A stretch of DNA of 20,706 nucleotides, from contig JAURAC010000042.1 of assembly GCA_030586555.1 (NCBI GenBank), positions 1 to 20,706 on the forward strand, read 5' to 3'. Source of the DNA: Candidatus Subterrananammoxibius californiae (GTDB lineage Bacteria > Planctomycetota > Brocadiia > Brocadiales > Subterrananammoxibiaceae). Positions within the stretch are counted from its first letter, which is position 1. The number at the start of each line of letters is the position of its first letter. Positions 19,153 through 20,706 of this stretch are shown here, piece after piece. Under the pieces are notes generated by a model. The model was given only the letters and a program-made list of their open reading frames with translations, did no database searches and was not told the origin of the DNA. The translations under genes were made by a program, and so were the position numbers.

Positions 19153-20484
19153 CTAAAATGTCATCCACATCTGCACGCCAGGAATAACCTCTGTTTCTTT
19201 GTGATCAGACAAAGGACTGTCTACTATCTGTAAATTAGGCTGCATCCACAAATTATTGGTAAGCTTGTGTCTCCAAAATATATCAACGGTATTTTCCCGA
19301 TCATCTGTGCCAAATGTTTTCTCATAAGAGTGCCCCCACCTTGCCGATCCGTAACCAACACCGATAAACTCCTTGGCAGAATAGGTATCGCCATCTGAAA
19401 TCCAGCCAATCGTGGCATTCCAGTGAGATCTCACTCCATTATTACTTGATTTAAATATATCATCATCCTCTGAAACACTGTATCTGGCATTGATAATAAA
19501 ATTGCTGCTTAACCACTGATCAAAAAGAAAACCAACACCACTGTTGACTCCTGACGGGTCTAAAACGGTAACTCCATCTGCGGTGTCAACAGGACTTGAA
19601 TCTCCATTCTTGGTTAAACCATAGAAAAATTTATATGCGCCTTGCAGACCGAATATTTTTGGTCTAAAGGCAATTTCAGATGTCCATGAGAGTAAATCCC
19701 GGGCGCCAGACTCTCTTCGCGTGGTAAACATAGATGATGTTTGCGTTGTCTGAATGCTCGTACGAAGCGTCCATAAATCATTTGGATCGTATCGTATCGT
19801 CAAAGCAGGCACACTTGGGGCATCGGCTTTTAATTCAGATACTAACCCTAACCATGCGCCAACACTTAAGCTAGGAAATGACCATCCTTCACAGATTGTC
19901 ACATCGCTATTATCAAAACCAACGTCTCCAGATGTCCCGGTAGGGTCTTCATGGTTGAGCCAATCCATAATCCCTGTGGCAATCTGCAATCCCTTGACAG
20001 GTTTCCAAATCGTATGCGCCTTGTAAAGGTTTACGTTGCCTCTTCCAAGATCGTTAAAAGCGCTGCGATCAATGGTGATTTCGTTTGATGGAAGTCCTGC
20101 GCCAATGTTATTGCCACCTGCTGAATTAAATTCAGTAATAAAATCGAGTTGATCAGGGACAACTTTTGCCCGAGCATCAAACCAGAGACGGCCTACAACA
20201 CCAAGCTCGTCTCTGTTTGTTCCTGTGAGATACTGAACCATTCCATCCACACGCCCGCCAAATTTGATCCTGCCTTCACAAACATCAGTTACATATGCAG
20301 GTTTGTATTTTTCTAATGCGACCTTTACGTCCTCTGCAACTGTGCATGCCTCAGTGACCTTTGTTTCTAAGCTATCCAACCTTTGTTCCAATTCTTCAAC
20401 ATCGGCTGCCCTTCCACTTTTCATCGTGCATATTAGTAAACAACTTCCCATTACAACCGTCATAAATAATTGTTTTTTGTACAT
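19153..20484 (-). CDS. Outer-membrane porin (OprB-like beta-barrel) with an N-terminal periplasmic coiled coil; probable urea/amide entry channel
   Basis: Signal peptide (..SGRA|ADV), heptad helix, alternating beta-strand pattern, OprB-like C-terminal segments (FDQWL..ARY, E..DIFWR..L..NLW.QPNLQ...P) and a terminal Phe. First gene before urtA, with SD GAAAGGAG. Substrate inferred from context only. Confidence 0.8.
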   Translation of the reverse strand: MYKKQLFMTVVMGSCLLICTMKSGRAADVEELEQRLDSLETKVTEACTVAEDVKVALEKYKPAYVTDVCEGRIKFGGRVDGMVQYLTGTNRDELGVVGRLWFDARAKVVPDQLDFITEFNSAGGNNIGAGLPSNEITIDRSAFNDLGRGNVNLYKAHTIWKPVKGLQIATGIMDWLNHEDPTGTSGDVGFDNSDVTICEGWSFPSLSVGAWLGLVSELKADAPSVPALTIRYDPNDLWTLRTSIQTTQTSSMFTTRRESGARDLLSWTSEIAFRPKIFGLQGAYKFFYGLTKNGDSSPVDTADGVTVLDPSGVNSGVGFLFDQWLSSNFIINARYSVSEDDDIFKSSNNGVRSHWNATIGWISDGDTYSAKEFIGVGYGSARWGHSYEKTFGTDDRENTVDIFWRHKLTNNLWMQPNLQIVDSPLSDHKETEVIPGVQMWMTF

Positions 20485-20706
20485 ACTTTAATCTCCTTTC
20501 TTAAAGACAATCCCCCCTTAATATAAAATATATTTATTGCATAATTCATCGCCCTCCTTTCAAAAAACCCGACCAGATTAATAAGCACAATTTTAAAATA
20601 AATTCGTTTTTAATAAATAGTTTATAAACACTATATCATGATAATAATTAATACTATGTGCTTAACATGTCTAATTCCAATTACTTAGAGCTTATTATAT
20701 CTACCT

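Noticed and set aside
1561..20491. Numerous short plus-strand and alternative-frame ORFs in the track (e.g. 11569..12048, 14311..14673, 18004..18504, 15466..15687)
   Set aside because: All overlap well-supported conserved genes and look like antisense or frame shadows.
20521..20706. Sigma-54 promoter and NtrC/GlnR-type operator upstream of the porin, including the inverted pair TAAGCACA (20582-20589) / TGTGCTTA (20657-20664)
   Set aside because: The candidates examined lack correct GG-N10-GC spacing, the half-sites are 67 bp apart, and short palindromes are expected by chance in this very AT-rich stretch.
1..20706. CRISPR arrays, tRNA/rRNA genes, transposases, integrases
   Set aside because: No repeat-spacer periodicity, RNA-gene signatures or mobile-element ORFs were seen; the window is almost fully occupied by the urea cluster.

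Overview
The whole window is one co-directional (minus-strand) urea uptake and utilisation cluster. In transcription order it holds an OprB-like outer-membrane porin, urtABCDE (urea ABC transporter), an ammonium transporter fused to a PII (GlnK/GlnB) domain, a DUF1573-type Ig-fold protein, ureABC, a 110-aa unknown ORF, ureEFGD, a thermosome-like (group II/III, non-GroEL) chaperonin, a DUR3-type urea symporter, and the 5' part of a membrane sensor protein (1..371, missing from the ORF track). The porin implies a diderm bacterium. The DUF1573, HEAT-repeat and coiled-coil-porin content is compatible with an anammox-type planctomycete, but that is inference only. The most unusual elements are: (i) a urease maturation module extended by a thermosome-like chaperonin directly after ureD and by a small protein with a degenerate amidohydrolase metal motif between ureC and ureE; (ii) a near-identical RhxxhE coiled-coil segment at the porin N-terminus and the UrtA C-terminus; (iii) the Amt-PII fusion; and (iv) several structured intergenic elements around urtA. 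Family assignments rest on motifs recognised by eye; no searches were run.
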